From Podarcis gaigeae (Eukaryota): 64,000 nt of DNA. How positions within the stretch are numbered: position 1 is the stretch's first letter; each line of letters starts with the position of its first letter. Below are positions 60,401-64,000 of the stretch, one piece after another. The translations under genes and the position numbers were made by a program. Location: assembly GCA_964106915.2 (NCBI GenBank), contig OZ066915.1; one strand, written 5' to 3'. The notes below the pieces were generated by a model. It was not told where the DNA came from and ran no database searches. It worked only from the letters and a program-made list of their open reading frames with translations.

Positions 60401-61326
60401 GTACAGTGCTCTGTCAGGAGTTGAGTGTTTTCAACAGTGGGTTTATTTTTTACTCCCTTTGCAAACCTCAAAATGTTACTGCACCCTTTGTGCTCGTCAC
60501 CTTGCATTATCAGTGTGTATGTGAGGCTACACGCAGGGCTAGTAGGCTCAGACTTGCTTGCCTAGATATCTCAGCTATTTTCTCTCACCTGTGCAGAGCG
60601 GAATCTAGGTAATTTAATATTTTCCTACCAGCTCTGAATGTAACCACTACTTACTAAAATTCAGTGCTGTTCATTGATTGATAATAAATTACGCTGAAGC
60701 GGGTAGGGTATATACTTGGATGCAGATCAGATGAGGCTGGCTGGAGACAAACCAAGCAAACCTGTATCTCACTCTTTCCATTTGCAGAAAGAAGGAGCAC
60801 TAGAAGAGGGCCCACAACAGCAATCATGAGTAGCAAGATGCTCCCCGAAATCTGTAATCTGTGCATAAAGTTTTGTAACAGAACAATTCTTAAATAAGGA
60901 GCCATTTAACAGAAATCCTTGTCAGAAATCTTGCAGATCTGTACACACACCAGGAGATTAGCAGGGGCACAGTAGTGATTCCAGTCTCAGTAGTTTCAAG
61001 GAGAGGTTACATTAAGGCAGCTTATTAGAAACAGGGCATCTTGCTATATAAAATGTATTTGGAACATTTTAAGTTATTCCTCTGGCTTGTAAGGCATTGG
61101 TTCAACTGTAACTGGAAACCAGAATGTAGCTTTAAAAATGTTAAACTCTGTTCTCACTGAATTAAGGGACTTTTAAATAGCTCAGCACAGGATCCTGTTA
61201 ATCATTCCATTACTATGGTTGGAAAGTGATTGAATGCCTGCTTTTTTTGTTTTCACATCAATCTTTTCTTGTTGACTGTCAAAAATGTATCTCTGTCCGA
61301 TATCAGCTTTACTCCCTCTGTTTCAG

Positions 61327-61435
61327 GATTGAGAAAGAGATAGACTTTCTGGAAAGTTATATAGATCCCTTCGACTTGGATGTCTTTACACCACACTTAA
61401 ACAGCAACCTTAATCGTCTGGTGCAGCGGACCTCT
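61327..61435 (+). CDS. COG1: COG1 exon 11
   Basis: IEKEIDFLESYIDPFDLDVFTPHLNSNLNRLVQRTS; GTAAGT donor. Confidence 0.96.
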
Positions 61436-61995
61436 GTAAGTTCAGGCAAAAGAACATAACTGTTGCAATTTTGTTTGGCTACTGTACTTAAAGATAGGGT
61501 GCTTTACTTGGTAAAATTGTACACATAGAAATGGTCTTTTGCACTTTGTTCCTTAGCAACAGTAGAACCAGTACAATAATGAAAACCAAGGGGGAAAGGG
61601 TTGTGTATGCATACAGTTGGATAGTGGTATAAGCATGTAAGCACATTTTAGGGTACACTTTGATCATGCAGTCCAATAGTTCTCAGTTATTTGCAGCATT
61701 CAGAATCAAAGCATCGTTTGTCTCCTGAATAGCCAAAACCAAAAATATGCCATGAGATTGTATGGATTTTACCCTTGGAAGTTCATGCCTCATAGTAGAC
61801 AAACACCTAACACCAAGTGATATAAAAGTGAACCTGAAATCCGGGGGGGGGGGGGGGGGATGTTTGTTTTAAACACACATGGCCAGGTTGACCGTTAAGA
61901 GTTTGCCTTGTGTTTGTTTAAGGGTACTTCCTTTGCTGCTTTCCAATCTAATAAATCCTATTTCTGGTTCACTGAGCACTTGGCAGTTGCATCTA

Positions 61996-62213
61996 CAGTG
62001 GTACCTTGGGTTAAGAACTTAATTCGTTCCAGAGGTCCGTTCTTAACCTGAAACTGTTCTTAACCCGAGACACCACTTTAGCTAATGGGGCCTCCCGCTA
62101 CCGCCGCCACACGATTTCTATTCGCATCCTGAAGCAAAGTTCTTAACCCGAGGTACTATTTCTGGGTTAGCAGAGTCTGTAACCTGAAGTGTCTGTAACC
62201 CAAGGTACCACTG
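61996..62213 (-). mobile_element. Tc1/mariner-type MITE (family A)
   Basis: TA-CAGTGGTACCTTGGGTTA...TAACCCAAGGTACCACTG-TA. Confidence 0.9.
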
Positions 62214-62259
62214 TACTGCCGCCACAACCAAGCAATTACCTTTTTCTGTGCTCCTCTAG

Positions 62260-62369
62260 GTCCTGTTTGGCTTATTAACAGGGGCAGAGAATCAGTACAC
62301 CAGCCGAAGCAGTAATTTAACTTCTCAAGAATTACATAACATCCTACCTCTAGCATCTAGTCAAATCAG
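62260..62369 (+). CDS. COG1: COG1 exon 12
   Basis: VLFGLLTGAENQY...HNILPLASSQI; GTAAGT donor. Confidence 0.96.
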
Positions 62370-62459
62370 GTAAGTGACTCACACTATAGGCAATAGGAAG
62401 TCCATGAAACAAAGCATGTGGGGGTGCAAAATATCTTACCACTTTTTTCTTTTTTTCAG

Positions 62460-62538
62460 ATTTGGGCTGTTGCCACTCAGCATGTCAAGCTCACGCAAGA
62501 CTAAATCAGCTATGAGAAACACTGAACAGAAGGCTCAG
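62460..62538 (+). CDS. COG1: COG1 exon 13
   Basis: FGLLPLSMSSSRKTKSAMRNTEQKAQ. Confidence 0.94.
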
Positions 62539-63747
62539 GTTTGTTCCTTTATTCTAGCTTATGGTTTTCTCCACTCTTGCCAACTGTTTAGTTGCACTGG
62601 TAATGTTAATGCTAATATTTTCCTAGGGAGCCCAGGGTGTTGTTGTTGGGGTTTTTTTTAAAAAAAAGTAAATCAGAAACTCATGCCACAATTTCCTTTG
62701 GACACTTCAGGAGTAGCATATACTTTTCTAGGTTTGAAGATGAATTAGTTAAATAGTTTGTCAAATTGTGTATAGGAGTCGATAGCAACATTAGCGTATG
62801 TTGTTAGTACAGACTTACACATTGACAGCTTATCTCTAATAATAACAAGGTATGTTAAAGGAGTGATTAATCTAACTGTCTTGTACCCTTCATTCTAGTA
62901 TGATGCTGACCAAGTAACCCCTGAAGAAATCTTGCTGGGGTATTAATGCATGTGTGAATTGAGTGGCTTCCTCTCCTTTGTAGGCTTCTGTGCTAAGGCT
63001 TGCTTATGTAGCCATAGAACTTGATAGCTGCTGTCAAACTTACCAAGTTTACATATGAGAAATTGAATGCATACTAGCAGCTGGCATGGGTTTCCTTCTG
63101 TATTGCCATGCAACTACACCCTAGAAGGTGCTGCAGGGAAGGGTGGACAAAGAGGTCTAAAGTTCTCAGTATGTAAAGAAATTCACATGTTAAATATCAG
63201 AAGCATCTGTTGCTATGGCAGGGTTATGTTTGGACGTATGTTGCACATACATTTTAATGAACCTAATTTTAGACTAAAATGAACCGACTGGTAATGTAAG
63301 GCACTACTACATAAGCAAAACTGCCTCCCTTTCTGCTTGCCATTATGATGCTCCTTCCCTGTAGTAATAGAGTAAGCCTTTCAAAATAAGGGAAAGCTAC
63401 TGTAGGTAAGAAAATGGACTTAAAATGTCTGCCTGCTTACCTAGGAAGTTATTGATGGTTGCCGTAAGTGGAGCTGGGAGTAGGAGGCACTTTGAGCAGC
63501 AGACTGTGTTTGTGTCTCAAAAGCCTACAAGGGAAGTGTAAAATTTCCTGAACACGCCAAAAGGCTTCAAGGCAAGGATGATCGTTTCTACAGTTCTCTC
63601 TGCTACACAGAGAACTGCACATATTAACCCCCCACCCCCACCCCGGTCTGGTTTTATGTAGCTACTAATGAGCCTGCTCTGAATGCAAGCCAGCTTAAAA
63701 AGAAGAAAGCCTAGGAGTTTACTGACTTTCTTTTGCTAATTTAACAG

Positions 63748-63885
63748 ATCCCAGCTGCTGCCCTTCTAAGAGCAGAAGAGACGTTCCGCCCTGGCTCCCT
63801 GTTCAGGCAGCTTGCAGCTGAGGAGGAGGACACAGCAGCACCATCTTTATTTAAACTTGGCTGGCTCTCTAGCATGACCAAATGA
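63748..63885 (+). CDS. COG1: COG1 exon 14 (last coding exon)
   Basis: FRPGSLFRQLAAEEEDTAAPSLFKLGWLSSMTK* is the COG1 C-terminus. Confidence 0.96.
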   Translation: MPAAALLRAEETFRPGSLFRQLAAEEEDTAAPSLFKLGWLSSMTK

Positions 63886-63888
63886 TTC

Positions 63889-63894
63889 AATAAA
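63889..63894 (+). terminator. COG1: Candidate COG1 polyadenylation signal AATAAA
   Basis: AATAAA 3 nt after the stop codon, followed by U/GU-rich sequence. Confidence 0.55.
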
Positions 63895-64000
63895 ATGTGA
63901 ATGATTGTACTTTTGGCATTGTAAAAAGCATCTACTTAAGCATAACTTAAGGGAGTGGAATTTAAGTTTTGGTACTTGCTGCCAAAGAGACTGGACCCTT

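Larger units (their letters stand above)
46005..63885 (+). other. COG1: COG1 gene model: 14 coding exons, 2976 nt, 991 aa (conserved oligomeric Golgi complex subunit 1)
   Basis: All exons join in frame with GT-AG introns; lengths 348,245,182,171,157,211,789,147,162,128,109,110,79,138. Confidence 0.96.

Overview
Vertebrate genomic DNA from a squamate, probably a lacertid lizard (inferred from Sauria/Squam1 SINEs, Squam3-type SINEs with (CTT)n tails, Bov-B, CR1 and L2). There are two protein-coding genes, both on the + strand and in the same order as in mammals. SSTR2 (somatostatin receptor 2) has a CpG-island promoter and an inferred non-coding exon 1 at about 17.9-18.2 kb, then an uninterrupted 372-aa CDS at 24722-25840. 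COG1 is complete: 14 coding exons at 46005-63885, 2976 nt, 991 aa, all introns GT-AG with consistent phases. The rest is intergenic or intronic DNA with many SINEs, LINE fragments, Tc1/mariner and hAT MITEs and microsatellites. I found no prokaryotic-type system, functional RNA gene or intact transposon ORF. The best leads are all unverified and post-transcriptional: a candidate lizard SSTR2B-type splice isoform, three uORFs in the SSTR2 leader, a recursive-splice-type junction at COG1 exon 5, triplicated poison-microexon-like units in COG1 intron 1, and a MITE carrying an array of long hairpins in COG1 intron 3. Comparisons to human, mouse and repeat consensus sequences are from memory; no searches were run.
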